From the NCBI RefSeq assembly GCF_018350175.1, contig NC_058368.1:65536001-65600000 (forward strand): a stretch of 64,000 nucleotides of DNA, in the 5' to 3' direction. Below the pieces are notes generated by a model that was given only the letters and a program-made list of their open reading frames with translations, made no database searches and was not told the DNA's origin. Position numbers and translations under genes: made by a program. Positions 12,191 through 25,039 of this stretch are shown here, piece by piece; the stretch's first letter is position 1; each line of letters begins with the position of its first letter. This DNA comes from Felis catus (taxonomy: Eukaryota).

Positions 12191-12646
12191 CATGTGCATG
12201 TGGGTGGGTTTGCATGTTCATGTGTGTTAGTGTGTGTTTGCATGTGTGTGAGTGTGTTTGCATGCGAATGTATGTGTGTTTCCGTGTTCATGTGTGTGTT
12301 TGCATGTGCATGTGTGCGCGCACACGAGTTCCCATGTGCATGTGTGAGTGTGTGTTTGCATGTGCATGTGTGTTTGCATGCATATGTATGTATGAGTGTG
12401 TTTGCATGTGCGTGTGCGTTTGCATGTGTGAGTGTGTGTTTGCATGTGCATATGTGTGTGTGTGCATGTGTGTGCGTGCATGTGTATATGTGTGTGTGTT
12501 TGCATGTGACTGTGTGTGTTTGCATGTACACGTGTGTATGAGTGTGTTTGCATGCGTGTGTGAGTGTGTGTTTGCATATGTGTGTGTGTTTGCATGTGTA
12601 TATGTGTGTGAGTGTGTGTTTGCATGTGCATGTGTGTGTAAGTGTG
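12146..12646. repeat. Complex (TG)n/TTTGCATG low-complexity repeat
   Basis: Recurrent units of tgtgtgtttgcatg; source of the HT/VC-rich ORFs in the track. Confidence 0.95.
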
Positions 12647-14061
12647 TTAAATATAATAAAAAGCAGGGTTTGTTGGGAAGAAAAATTCAGAATTACCAGT
12701 GTCTAAAATTCCTGATCTGATTATTACTAAGCAATTTGAGAATTATTAACACCAACCCAAATTGAATTTCTCTTCACCGTCCTTTTGGCGTGTTCATCCG
12801 AGAAAGGTTCTAAAGGCTTATGAGATGATGACATTGATGCCATCATGCTGTTCAGACATGAGTCTCTCTGGTTGATTTTGTCCGTGTCTCTTTTATGACT
12901 AAAAGATTAAAACAACAGAAATCTAGATTTTTCTCATGTTGGATGAAAGCATAATGTTTTACTTTTTACATTGGATCCGATAGCAGCCCGGAGCATCTAC
13001 ATTCATATTGTGTTCCGATTGCTCATGTGCAAGCTACAGGAACACCATTTTCTTTATCATTATTTGATGAGTCGTGTCACCCCGCTTTATGAACAGCAAA
13101 TTCTTAGCTCAGGGAGCAGCCAGGGGCAGGTCATAAAATAAAGGATTATAGAGCAAAGATATTAGTGAAATAGAAGCATCAGCACTTCTTACTGTATTTA
13201 ACTCAAAGACGATGAGGTCTGCCTGGGGAGCTAATACTACTTAACTGCGTTTGGGCGAAAAGCCAAAAGGAAATTGTATTTCAAAGAGAGGAGGTCTGGC
13301 ATTCCATATGCTGTGTAATCCTGGTCAGTTAACAGAGATGTATGGCCATTTAACACGGAAAATAAAAGACTAAAAATGAAACTTTTATGTTGAAGAACAC
13401 AATGTTGACAAAGTTGGAGGCTGAAGGGCAATTGATAACATATCAGGGGCTTAAATTATTCAAGTGAAGTTTGTAGGGAAACAGAACCTGCATCTTTGAC
13501 TGCGGGATAAGTCTCACATGAACTTAATTTGTGCTCGGCATTCTCCGAGCCAGAGAACCAGGAATGATGATTGTGCAGATGGGTGAACAAAAGGTCATTT
13601 ACAGAAATCACCTAAGCGTCCGAGAGCCAGGACTACCCATAGGGAATTCTGGATGTGCTTCAAGTCACAGTGTGCCCAGAGAACTCAGATTACAGGGGGA
13701 AGGGAGGTCAACACACGTTCTTGGATATGGCGGGTATACTGTGCTCAAAAGTTGCTCACTTTTTGGTCCTGGTTAGCGGGCAGGAGATCCTCTCTTTCTT
13801 CACCACTGCTGTTTCCTTGGGTTACTGAAAAGCTGAGGCCGGTCACCCCAGTTGGCCGTGGCTTCAGGATAGATCCAAGCTGTGAAATCCCAGCTGTTGG
13901 CTGCCATGGTTTTCTACATTTGGCAATTTGTCCTCGTGCTCTGTGCGAGTTCTCTGAAGCTGCCAGACAGGCTGTGCAGTTACTGATCAAATGTTGCCCA
14001 GCTCTGGGCTTTGTGTGGCTTGTCCAGCTTCTGATATTTTTCCTGCTAGTCACTTGGGCTA

Positions 14062-14107
14062 CAGCTAGAGTGGTTGGTGCACTGCAGCTAGAGTGGTTGG
14101 TGCACTG
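14062..14107. repeat. Perfect 23-bp tandem duplication
   Basis: cagctagagtggttggtgcactg x2. Confidence 0.95.
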
Positions 14108-14546
14108 GTGAAAAAACAGGCTTTGTGCCCTTTTAATGGAAGGTGTATGACTTGGATTTCTTGGGTATACCTACAAACACGTGAGGATGTATTTGAAAAC
14201 GTCTTGTCCCTTCCAATTGTAGAAGTGTATGTTCTGCCTCCTTGATGGCATTGATCTGTTGATGGCTTTGAGTTTCATTGCCAATAAGAGCGTATGCCTC
14301 AAAAACCTGATTGCAGGTTTTTTTCTCCTCAAAGTGCGTTCTTAGGCTGGATTAATTTGTCAGCATTCTGAAAACAATATGAGGATTTAGGGCAGATGAT
14401 GTAAAATGTCTGTGTAGAAAGTCTTTTGTTCTATTTTATTTTTTAATCCATTCATGTGTTTCTTCATTCAGCATTTGTTTATTGATCCTGGAAATGTATT
14501 TAAAATAGGGAGACAGAAGTTCACATCATGCTGTCTACAATCCTCT

Positions 14547-14548
<2 letters not shown>

Positions 14549-14603
<55 letters not shown>

Positions 14604-14607
14604 ACAC
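14549..14607. repeat. (AC)n microsatellite
   Basis: Seen directly. Confidence 0.97.
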
Positions 14608-15307
14608 GTCATTTCATTTTGCGGGTAGAGGCAGCTCCGATATCCAACAATGCTTGGTTAAGGAGCAAAATCGACAGAGTATCCAAGTGATAAGAAAAGT
14701 TTGTTGACAGATTTATTTTATCCGAGATCCAAATCCACTCTAACTAGACGTTTCTGTTGTGGAAAAAGGACATTTGTCAGAACAAGGCAAAACTGTTAGA
14801 CTACACTTGAATATTCTCTCAAGGTCATGGTTCAGCTTCAGCTGCTGTTGGGATTTCTATCTTCCATATTCATGTTCACTTCATGAGGAAGGACGGCTGT
14901 CTTGGCTTCTGAGCATATCTTGAAACAGGATTGAGTTAGGGCATATACCCTCTTTGATCTAAGCCAATGGGATGGAATATACTTGGGGGTTTTGGCTTAA
15001 ATCAGTGAGGGCCCTTACTTGGGTGGGGATGGGGTTGGCTTCTCCTGCACGAGGGAGGAGTCAACATCTGAAGGAAAATTTGGATATTTTTAAGACCTGG
15101 GAATAGGGAGGTAGATGCTACCTAGACCACACACAGAATTCTGACACGTCATAGCAAAGCTGCTGCTAGGGGTTGAGGTCCTCAGAACCTCAACAAAAAA
15201 TAAACACATCACTCATCGTTTACAATTCTTTTTCTAATTTTGTTCATGTTTGACTCTTATAGCCCCAAATTGCCTTTTTTTTTTGTTAAGAAGTTAAATG
15301 TAGCTTA

Positions 15308-15515
15308 GGGGTGCCTGGATGGCTCAGTGGGTTAAGTATCCGACCTGGGCTCAGGTCATGATCTCACAGTTCGTGAGTTCGCACCGTGTCGGCCTCTGCT
15401 GACAGCTCAGAGCCTAGAGCCTGGTTCCGATTCTGTGTCTCCTTCTTTCTCTGCCCCTCCCCTACTCATGCGGGTTCTCTCTCTCTCTCTCAAATAAATG
15501 AGCATAAAAAAAAAT
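15308..15515 (+). mobile_element. CanSINE
   Basis: TSD gaagttaaatgtagctta at 15290-15307 and 15516-15533. Confidence 0.95.
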
Positions 15516-17720
15516 GAAGTTAAATGTAGCTTAACAGATTTTGTAACTGCTTTTGAATCTCAAGTACATGCAAAGATGGGTGTCTGCATGGACTTCTGCC
15601 AGGATCTCCCCGACTTTATACCTGCTTGTAAAAATCTTACCTAATCTTCAAGGCTGGGCTCTGATGACACCTTGGCCCTATTTCTCAAGTGGGAATCCCT
15701 TGCTCCCCAGTGCTCACTGCGCTTGGTGCTGGTCATTCCCTTTTCATTTTTCGATGCTGCGTCCTCTTATTTCTTGGCATTCTTTGGCATGCCTTTGCCT
15801 ACCCTGAGCAGAGAGGACACAGGATGCTGGTGATTCTGGGCCAACATCGGGTGTAAGGTGCAGGGACAGAGGGCACAGGAGCACGGAGCCTGGCATGCTG
15901 GCCAGGGAGCAGGAGACAGACTAAATGATTTATCTGTTGGTGGGTCTGGGCTTGCAAAGAACTTGGGTGAGAGAACTCTCACTTGGGTGAGAGAGCAAAA
16001 CACCAGAAGCCTGGAGAGAGAGGGTGGCCGTTACGGTCAGTGAAGAACTCCAGAGCATCAGACCTTTGGATAAGGGAACATTTGAGGACAGTTCAGGGCA
16101 GCATGTTATGCCGGGGCCAGCAGGGAGGAGAACATCTCAATCTGTGTGTCTATGAAGTAGTGAGAAAACTCATTTCTATGTGAAAGGCATCCAAACTGTA
16201 AAAAAAAAAAAAAAACACAAAAAAACTGTTATGTATTACTTAATATTTCATGGGTGTGTATCTATTTTGCATCCTCACAGATCATTTTTAAAATTAACTC
16301 ATATGTTTTATTTGGGTAAAATGGCAAATGAGTGGAGGCATGCTGGAAATATTTCTTAAAGTTTTTTAAACAGCTCTGCTTAAGCATTATTTTTCCATAA
16401 TGAAAATCTTGCTCATGTACAGTGAAAGGGGTTCCATATAATCACTTTCTAAAGAGCGTAGAAAGTGTTACGCTTAAAAATAGACAATGAGCACGAAGAA
16501 CATGAAGTTTCCAACAGTATTCGGACCTGTTTCTCCCAATTCTGTTGCCCAGTCTCCTCCCACAGCAAAGCCTCCTACAAAATGTCACACCCAGGGAACT
16601 AATCCACGTGGATGTGTTAGAAATTACACCTGAAAATGGCAATTACCTCACTCTGAGTCTGTGATGCATTTTCCTATTAATGAGAACCTCCCAGTACTTT
16701 ATGTTCATCCTCGGCAGTATTTAAAATCCTTTTCTTAAATGAGGACTTTATTTCATATGTTTCTGAATTTTCCACCTCTAATCAGTGAATTATTACAAAT
16801 ACAACGTAATCTGCTCCACATTGCTTCTGTGATCAATACGTTGTTTAATTAGACAGGATTGCTCAGACTGAACACGTAAATGTAATTGGGATTGGCTTTT
16901 GAAGTCAGAGATGGTGTTTCCTAACATGCATAAATCCTAAACTTCTGGGCAGTAATTTCATGCAGACACTTCTTAAGAGAAGCAGCACCATAGGGAATAA
17001 TCAGCCCCAAGAACTATACCCAGCAGAAAATTGCTCATTTTAAATAAGGCAGAGAACCAGAAGTGGTGCGGGAGATTTCTTCTTTGAGGGGACCTGGGCT
17101 TGGGGTCCCATAGGCTTATTTATTTATAGGATGGAAACTGTTTGCAAAAATTTCACATGAAGTCTCCTCTGAATTTTCGACCTGGCCAAGTCGACATGCA
17201 AAATGAATGGTAGGTCGTTCTTTATTTTAGATTTATGCATGACTTTGTCCACTTGGATTTGTGTATCTTGGACCACAGGGCTGACATAGTGCCTACCAAA
17301 AGCTACATGAAAGACGTAATAGGAAAATTAAAAAGCAACACTTGGAAGAATTTACACATGTGCGACAAATTTATTCTCGATAGGGCTGGACTTGGGTAAA
17401 ATTGTGAAGCAGGTAGAAGAGACTTTTATAATCGATGCGTTGTTGAACCCCCCTTCAACATAGCCTCAACATGGTCTGTTTAATCTCCCATCCTGGCTCA
17501 TTTATGACTTCCAGTAGTCTATTCATATATTTTATCTTATTTAATGTGCGCCTGTTAGACAAGGTGGAAGCTGAACCTCGGAGCATTTTATTACTACTGA
17601 GTGACAGTATTGAAACTGCCTTCCCGTCACCGCTGTGATGACTCAAATCTCTCTTGTGCTACACACGTTTATCTGTTGCTCACACAAAAGTTGTCGTGGG
17701 TCTGGGTGAATCTTTGGGGT

Positions 17721-17912
17721 GAGGGTTAGCAAAGTTTTCTGTAAAAGGCCAGAGAGTAAATATTTTAAGCATTGTGAGGCAAGGGGCAAAATTGAGTAAC
17801 TCTTCCGACTAAAAGGGTAAGAGTCATTATCATATATTACATTTCCAATGTGAAAACCACTTTTAGCCAGTGGACCATGAAGAACTGGCTGCAAGAGGGA
17901 TTTGCCGAGGGT
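17721..17912 (-). mobile_element. MER58-like hAT-Charlie fossil
   Basis: agggttagcaaagttttctgtaaaaggccagagagtaaatatttta matches the recalled MER58 end. Confidence 0.65.
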
Positions 17913-18029
17913 CATCGCTCGCTCGCGCCTGCTCTTGGACAGTGGTCTCCGCTGGCTGGCTTGGCCGATCAGGCCATTTTCGTCTTATGAGTCCCCTTTG
18001 AGAGCATGTGGTTTTGCAATCACTATGGC

Positions 18030-18200
18030 AGTGAAAGAGTGGCTGGAGGGTTGAGCACCAGCAGTTAAATGCTTCCATTCAGAAATGTCACACATCACTT
18101 CCTCTCTGATGGCACTGGTCACAGCGAGCCTAGGGGCAGCCTTAAAGTAGGACTGAGAGAAGAATCCCCCTTGTGCCGGGAAGAAGAGGCGAAATAAATG
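18030..18200 (-). mobile_element. MLT1-type MaLR LTR fragment
   Basis: cagcagttaaatgcttcc...cacacatcacttcc...cactggtcacag motifs. Confidence 0.45.
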
Positions 18201-18758
18201 TGGGGGAATGATGATCATGGCTATTATGTATGGTTGCCCGTTCCTCTCGTGTATGTACCAGACCCTAATTCTGGAGGCTATAACAATGTAATCTTGGGAG
18301 AAAAAACCTTATAGATGAGAGAAGGGCCTCATAGGAATGCTAGGGCTTGAGTGATAAAGCAAGTGGTACAAATGATAATTTCTACTTAGAATTAACAAAT
18401 CGAATGCTAATAAGTTCAGTGACTCTGTGTTATGTATCATGTTTTTAAATGGCACCAGCTTAGAGCAGTTGTTACATTTTTAGGTAGACAACATTGACAT
18501 TTTCATATTTATGTTGAGATATAGTATGGAATCACTTGTACTTTTTGAGGAATAAGATTAACTCTTTAGATTTAGCACCTGTATTTTTCTCTTTAACGCA
18601 GTATTCTCTCAGGAAGGAAGTTGGTATTTTACATTTCGGGGAGGACAAATTCTCAAGGAGAATAAGCCTACAGAACTGTAAATTTCATTCTTCAAAACAT
18701 AAAAAAAAAGGAAAGAATATAGTGTCAAAGTGCTGGAAGATTTTGAATAGGAGAGATT

Positions 18759-18972
18759 GAGGTGCCTAGGTGGCTCAGTCAGTTAAGCTGCTGACTTCAG
18801 CTCAGGTCATGATCTCATGGTTTGTGGGTTCGAGCCGCACATCAGGCTCTGTGCTGATAGCTCAGAGCATGGAGCCTGCTTCAGATTCTGTCTACCTCTT
18901 TCTCTCTGCCCCTCCCCTACTTGTGCTCTGTCTCTCTCTGAAAAATAAATAAACATAAAAAAATTAAAAAAA
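18759..18972 (+). mobile_element. CanSINE
   Basis: Typical head, body and A tail. Confidence 0.94.
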
Positions 18973-19100
18973 AATACAGGATGCTTGGTTAAATTTGAAT
19001 TTCAAATATTGAATGGGGCATATTTACACTAAAAAATAATTTATTGTTCATCTGAAATTCAGATCTAATGGGGTTGGGTGCCTTGTGTTTGTATCTGGGA
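18970..19100. mobile_element. MER53-like palindromic hAT MITE
   Basis: aaaatacagg...gttaaatttgaatttca ... tgaaattcagatctaa...gtatctgg inverted-repeat layout. Confidence 0.7.
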
Positions 19101-19159
19101 ATTCTATGCAGTATAGTAGAGATTTGAATTAGTAGATGGTCTTTAAAGGTTTTACATAG

Positions 19160-20078
19160 AGTTCCTTCTCATTTTGTGTGGTATTTGTGTTGCATAACAT
19201 CCCCACTAACAGTGAATTAAGTAATACTGGAGTCATTGCTCCTAGGAGAAATAGAAGGCTAAGTTCCTGTGAGCCTCTGGTCACAACATTGCATCAACTG
19301 TTAAGTAGATAACCTTGTATAAGTTTCTATATGTAAGTAAATATATATGTAAATAAATAAAGGAATATTTCTTATAATTAATTATATTCAGTTTTTTTAA
19401 ATAATTATAATGATGCGGTAACTGAGATGGACTTAGCCATAAATTTCTTTGGCTTTCAACCATACCACTGTGCTGTCCACTATGCTTTTTTTTTTTAAAT
19501 TAATGTTTTAAAAAACTTATCTCAGGAACCCACAAATTAAGCCACTATAAATGTATTGTGACTTTAGTATTTAGTATTTTCCAGACCAGCCTCACATAGA
19601 GATCTGAGAATTTCCTCTTCCTTTTTCTGGCTGTACCTTATTGTTGATTCATTAATATTGACCTCACACACAACACTGTAATGTGTGCCTGAATGAAACT
19701 TCTCTAACAAATGTGTTTTTTTAATAACGTGCATGACAGCCTTCTTGTAGTTAGGACTGAGCGTGAGACAGCCCTTGAGCACTCCATTTGAAACGGTGAA
19801 ATTACCAACAGAAAGCAAAGATGCAAACGCTGTGGCACTAACTAGACCCCGAAGGGACACTAGTTTGCAGTGTGAGAGCTGGCTGAATCAAGAAGGCACA
19901 GCATTGCCCAGTTCAACCTTAGTTTGGAAGGTGCACACTGGGTGGCTAAAATTATCCACCAATCTGTGCATGTCCACAAATGACATGTGCCATGAGTATT
20001 TGTTTTGAGGGCACAAATACACTTGAGAAAGTAGGCAAATTCGCATTATGGAATCCACAAATAATGAGGAACAGGAGT
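19160..20078 (-). mobile_element. Tigger (MER82-like) fossil with transposase N-terminal remnant
   Basis: Homologous to 25040-25648; minus-strand KKAVMHVIKKTHLLEKFHSG..VNINESTIRYSQKKEEEI resembles the Tigger/CENP-B HTH. Confidence 0.7.
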
Positions 20079-20177
20079 ATTTGATGCCTAAATTAATAGA
20101 TGAAGACAAACTTAATAATTAGGATACCTTGAAGAAGAATATGCATTGACCCCAAATGCTCTGCAAATGATAATTCT

Positions 20178-20205
20178 TTTTTTAAAATTATTCTTATTTA
20201 TTTAT

Positions 20206-20268
<63 letters not shown>

Positions 20269-20416
20269 ATGAGCGGGGGAGAGGTAGAGAGAGCAGGAGA
20301 CAGAGAATCCCATGTCAGTGCAGAGCCTGACACAGGGTTTGAACCCACAAACTGTGAGATCATGACCTGAGCCAAAGTCAGACTCTTAACTGACTGGGCC
20401 ACCTAATGTGCCCTCC
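20178..20416 (-). mobile_element. CanSINE
   Basis: TSD caaatgataattct at 20164-20177 and 20417-20430; (GA)n. Confidence 0.95.
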
Positions 20417-22012
20417 CAAATGATAATTCTATCAGTCCAGAATCCTCACTATGTTCCATGGCCAGAGTGGGGCACTTAGTTTAACTCACCGATGCTGTGA
20501 AGTTTATGTTGTTGTCTTCACTGGTCCAAGATCTCATAGCTTATAAGCAAGAGGGTTGCAATTCTTACCCATTGCAAGGAATACTCAAGAAAGGGTCTTC
20601 GACCACATTAGACCTCCTAGTAATAATTTGAACATGCCTGTAAATTTCTTAGTGATAATTTGATGTTGCCCACAAACCTTAGTTTAAGGAACACTTGATA
20701 AATCATATCGCAAATATCAGCCTCAGCCTTTGGTAGTGATTGTGTTACTATAGTTCTGTGGCAGCAGTGACTTCACCACTTATCTTCTAATTTCTTTTCT
20801 CAGTACTTTCTGCTCCAGACACTGGGTTGCCAAGGAGTATGCATCTGTTGTTCTAGCTGCATATTGCCTACATGAAGCTATAATCCTCTGTCAGTGGCAT
20901 GGAATGATTTTCACAGTGACTGGATTTATGTCACAAAGGGAGGATTAAGAGTTCAGGTGGAGACTGAGCCACAGGAGCCAGATAAATATTGAAAAATGGT
21001 CTGTTTTCATGCAAATGTGCAGGTAATAATGAGAGAGGAGACTACATATAGAAAATATGACTTCGATCAAAATATTTGAAAATGTAAGATTATCATTCTA
21101 AAATTGTATCATCTTTTTTCTGTGTAATGTTTCATTCCTGCTTTGTTCCTCCTGAAAAATCCCCAGAGACATAACAAAACCCCCTTTGTGGTTATGATTA
21201 CCAATTATGGTTCATGGTATATAGTCACTGGCTTCCTCCTTGTCTCTTTTGGGTGGAATATCTACACTTTCTTCTTTTAGAACTAAAAATGCCATGGCCA
21301 TTGTTCAGTTGTCAAACGTGGACTGTTGTATAAGAGATCTGGTATCCAAGGTCTGGATGACCTATGGGCATGTCCATACTGAAAATCCTACTGAACTCGT
21401 ACAGCTTTTATTTTAAAGTACACACAAAGAATTTTACCTCTATCACCAAATAAAATGCATTCTCTGCCACATTTCTGAGAAAATTGCTGATTTATTCATT
21501 CCAGTCTTCCTCTTCGTTTTCAAACAGAAAGGAAATTTTTAGAGTATCTACTCTGATAATAAGGCAACTAGAAGTTAACAATCATGTGATCTTAATATTT
21601 TCTCTTGCTGTGTACACAATAAATAAATATAGCTGGTATTTTTAATTATTGATATTATGTTACTAAGATTTTAATCCTTTGTTTGGAATGCTTAGCACGG
21701 AAAAGAATTTCCAGTGTCTATTAATGCAATTTTTTGTGTTCATGGAATAAGATACAAATATGTATATTTGATGTTTGAGCTTAATGCTTAAGCTTCCAGT
21801 CACCATTGCTGCTTTTTGTTATTCTGTTCCTATTATAAATGCAGGATGTAAATCCCAAAATATTTGGAGGGAAGAGCTACTGATAATGTATTGATCTTTA
21901 GTGATCAATTTAGTAGAGGCTTTAGTGACTTAAAAGATTACTTCTGTATCGAAATGGTTAAGAGGTATTTTACTCTGATGATTAGCATCAATTAATAATA
22001 ATTATTATTCTT

Positions 22013-22232
22013 TCTCAAATTTTTTTTTTCAGTATTTACTTTTTTAGAGAGAGAGACAGAGGCAGAGTGCGAGTGGGTGAGAGGCAGAGAGAGGGAGACA
22101 CAGAATCTGAAACAGGCTCGAGGCTCCAAGCTGTCAGCACAGAGCCCAACACAGGGCCAAAAATCATGAACTATGAGATCATGACCTAAGCCGAAGTCTG
22201 ACGCTTAACCCACTGAGCCATGCAGGCACCCC
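22013..22232 (-). mobile_element. CanSINE
   Basis: Diverged TSD aataat(t/c)atta(t/c)tctt. Confidence 0.94.
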
Positions 22233-23716
22233 AATAATCATTACTCTTATAATGACTATTCAAGTAATAGTAACAAGTAATAGTTGTTAGTTTCAGTTCT
22301 CTTTGGCATTCATTAAGTTTGGTGAATGGTGTGTATATTCCTTCACCATTTCAAAAATATGTGCCAATGTGGCATTGTTTAAGTTCTTAAGCAAGCATTT
22401 GACTTTTGAAAGAGCCATGTTTTTGTTTGTTTACTAATTGCACTGCTTTTGGAGTTAGCTTGGTCATTCTGTAATTGTTCTTCAGATAATGCAGGACTCC
22501 GTATTTAATTTGCCCCTGCTATCTGTGACCATGAACTACAATTTCGATCATTTGTCACTCTGAACATCTCCCTGTGTAAATTTGCCAGGGCGTTCACTTT
22601 GCAACCGCCACTCTTATTTGAGGCTGATGGCTTCTTATTTAAATTCTTTAAAGTCACGTAATATGGGAACAAACCAGTTACTGTAGCTGTTTTCTAAATG
22701 AGCAAGAAATGGGAGAAGGTGGGCAAAACTAAACTGCAATGAGACTTTATTCCTTAAGAATTCAGATATATTTTAAAAGGGTGACTATCTCCAGGTTGAC
22801 CTGAACTTTTACAAGTCCCTCTGCACATGTGCAGAGGAAATGTTGTTTTATTTTATGGGACTGATAACACTAAGGAGGTGCACAGTCTTGAAAGAGCCAC
22901 CTGAATCGTGAAGGAAGGAGCCAGAAGGGAGTCTGGATTATGTTCAATGGAATTTTATGGCATCAGTTGTTTTCTTCCTAATAGATAGATATGGTCCAGT
23001 TTTTTTGTTTTTTTTTTTTCTCTCCCCTTGTCTCCCTAATTACTACACAGCTTGTTTAACTGAATGGCTTTCTTGCCTGGCTGGCCCATTAGGCCAGCTT
23101 TACTTAGACATGGTGTACATGTGATGAACCTGACTAGTATCAACGAACAAATAAAATGCATCTCAACTGTTCTCCTTAAGCTTGTGGCAGCTATAAATTG
23201 TCTAAAAACCCAAACTGTTTATACTTCTGGTAGTTTTAGTCCACAGACTGTGTTCCTATTATGATGAACAGTATAGTTGAGAGAAACAGTGTTGGAGAGC
23301 ACCAGTTTGTAAGTCTCCAGCCTGATCTCCAGGGCCAGGTCTACGTTGCTTTTAAACTCAGTGACATTATTGTTAGATGAGCATTTATGGATCCGTTCTC
23401 GTTCCTCTGGAACCCAGAACCCTCAGGCCGCTGCCACCCATCAGGGTAGCTCAGGGCCTTGGCCCCTTTGCAGCCACCTGGTTACAGCGCCCTTTGCAGT
23501 ATTTCCCCACCATCCCTTCTACTCTTAATGCATCATGACCTGTTAAAGTTCCAACCTTGAAATAGTTGCTAAAATACATTTATGCTAATTTTGTTAAATT
23601 AGAGAATATTACCAGGGCATGATAATCTAATGTGCCCCTTCCCCCAACTTATTTTACTGAATTCATCCCTTCATTGCTTCACAATTGGAAGTACTGACAT
23701 AGAAAATGCTGGTGCT

Positions 23717-23942
23717 GGGGCGCCTGGGTGGCGCAGTCGGTTAAGCGTCCGACTTCAGCCAGGTCACGATCTCACCGTCCGTGAGTTCGAGCCCCGCGTC
23801 AGGCTCTGGGCTGATGGCTCAGAGCCTGGAGCCTGTTTCCGATTCTGCATCTCCCTGTCTCTCTGCCCCTCCCCCGTTCATGCTCTGTCTCTCTCTGTCC
23901 CAAAAATAAATAAAAACGTTGAAAAAAAAATTAAAAAAAAAA
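23717..23942 (+). mobile_element. Young felid SINEC_Fc
   Basis: CpG-rich, near-identical to 7697-7923; perfect TSD agaaaatgctggtgc at 23701-23715 and 23943-23957. Confidence 0.97.
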
Positions 23943-24271
23943 AGAAAATGCTGGTGCCATGAGAATTTTAGGGCTCCTTTGCCCTCATTTTTAAACACTT
24001 TCTTATAACCATGGTGAAGTTCTTGTAAGACTCCAAACTAACCTTTTCTTTCTTGCCCCCTGGTCTTTGTGTAAGCTGCTACCTTGTTTGAAATGCCTCT
24101 TGACTTCCCTGGTTGTTTTCTACTCACACATCAAGATATATTAAATTGGCCTTTTATAGAAAGATTTTTTTAAACAGTGTTTCCCCAACCCCTTCAACCC
24201 ATTCTGTACAATTTATAGCATTCTATGTATCTCTTAACATTATCCCACTTCATTTAAAAAAGTGATACCTA

Positions 24272-24273
<2 letters not shown>

Positions 24274-24302
<29 letters not shown>
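24274..24302. repeat. poly(T) run
   Basis: About 29 T. Confidence 0.95.
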
Positions 24303-24305
<3 letters not shown>

Positions 24306-24599
24306 TTCCCTCAGTGGATTATATCCTTTTGGGTGGCAAAAACTGTGCCTTAGTCAACGATGTGTCCCTTTGGTGATGAGCCCATGTATGATAAAGAAGA
24401 GGCATTTCATTAAAATCTGTTGATCAGTGAACACTCACTCAAAAATTGGAAGAGTAGAAAAAAGGCAGAAGTCTTGAGCTGGAAATAAAAACCAGTTATT
24501 CTTAACAAGAAAAGTAACAATATTGCTTAATTATAAACCAAAAGAAAATAACTACGCTCCTACTAAATGCAACTCGTGTGGTTTTCTGTACAGTATTTA

Positions 24600-24740
24600 A
24601 TTTATTTCTCAGACAACTTGAGGAAGCTGCGGATCAGAGAAGTAAAGTTATTTGTTGAGATTCATATAACTGGTAAATACACAGCCAGGGCACAAAGCCC
24701 AGTTGTGTCTACCCTAATCCAGTTTTCTTTCGTTACACTA
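24600..24740 (-). mobile_element. MIR fragment
   Basis: gaggaagctgcggatcagagaagtaaagttatttgttgagattcatataactggtaa. Confidence 0.55.
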
Positions 24741-25039
24741 TGAATCTGTACCTCTCTGTGTGGGAAATGAATCATGATGGTTAATTAGCTTAACAAAATA
24801 ATGGACCAGTGTCATAATGTGTTTTGTTGCTCTAGCTTATTTCAAGACACATTTGATGGAAAGGGATTTGAAAGGAATCCAAAGGGAGTTGAGCTGGAAT
24901 TAAGATTTCACTAAAAGGAGCTATAATTTTCATAACATTTTACAGTGATACAATTAATACAGTAGCATACTAGCTAGCTACCATTTCATATTAGCTGTGG
25001 CCTAGAAAACCCTTTGGCCTTTACTCAACCTCTTTATAT

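Noticed and set aside
12063..12720. Overlapping 130-190 aa His/Thr- and Val/Cys-rich ORFs
   Set aside because: Translations of a stop-poor (TG)n-type repeat.
13531..14111. Overlapping 81-152 aa ORFs in unique sequence
   Set aside because: No recognisable homology or convincing exon structure; compatible with chance in a slightly GC-richer patch.
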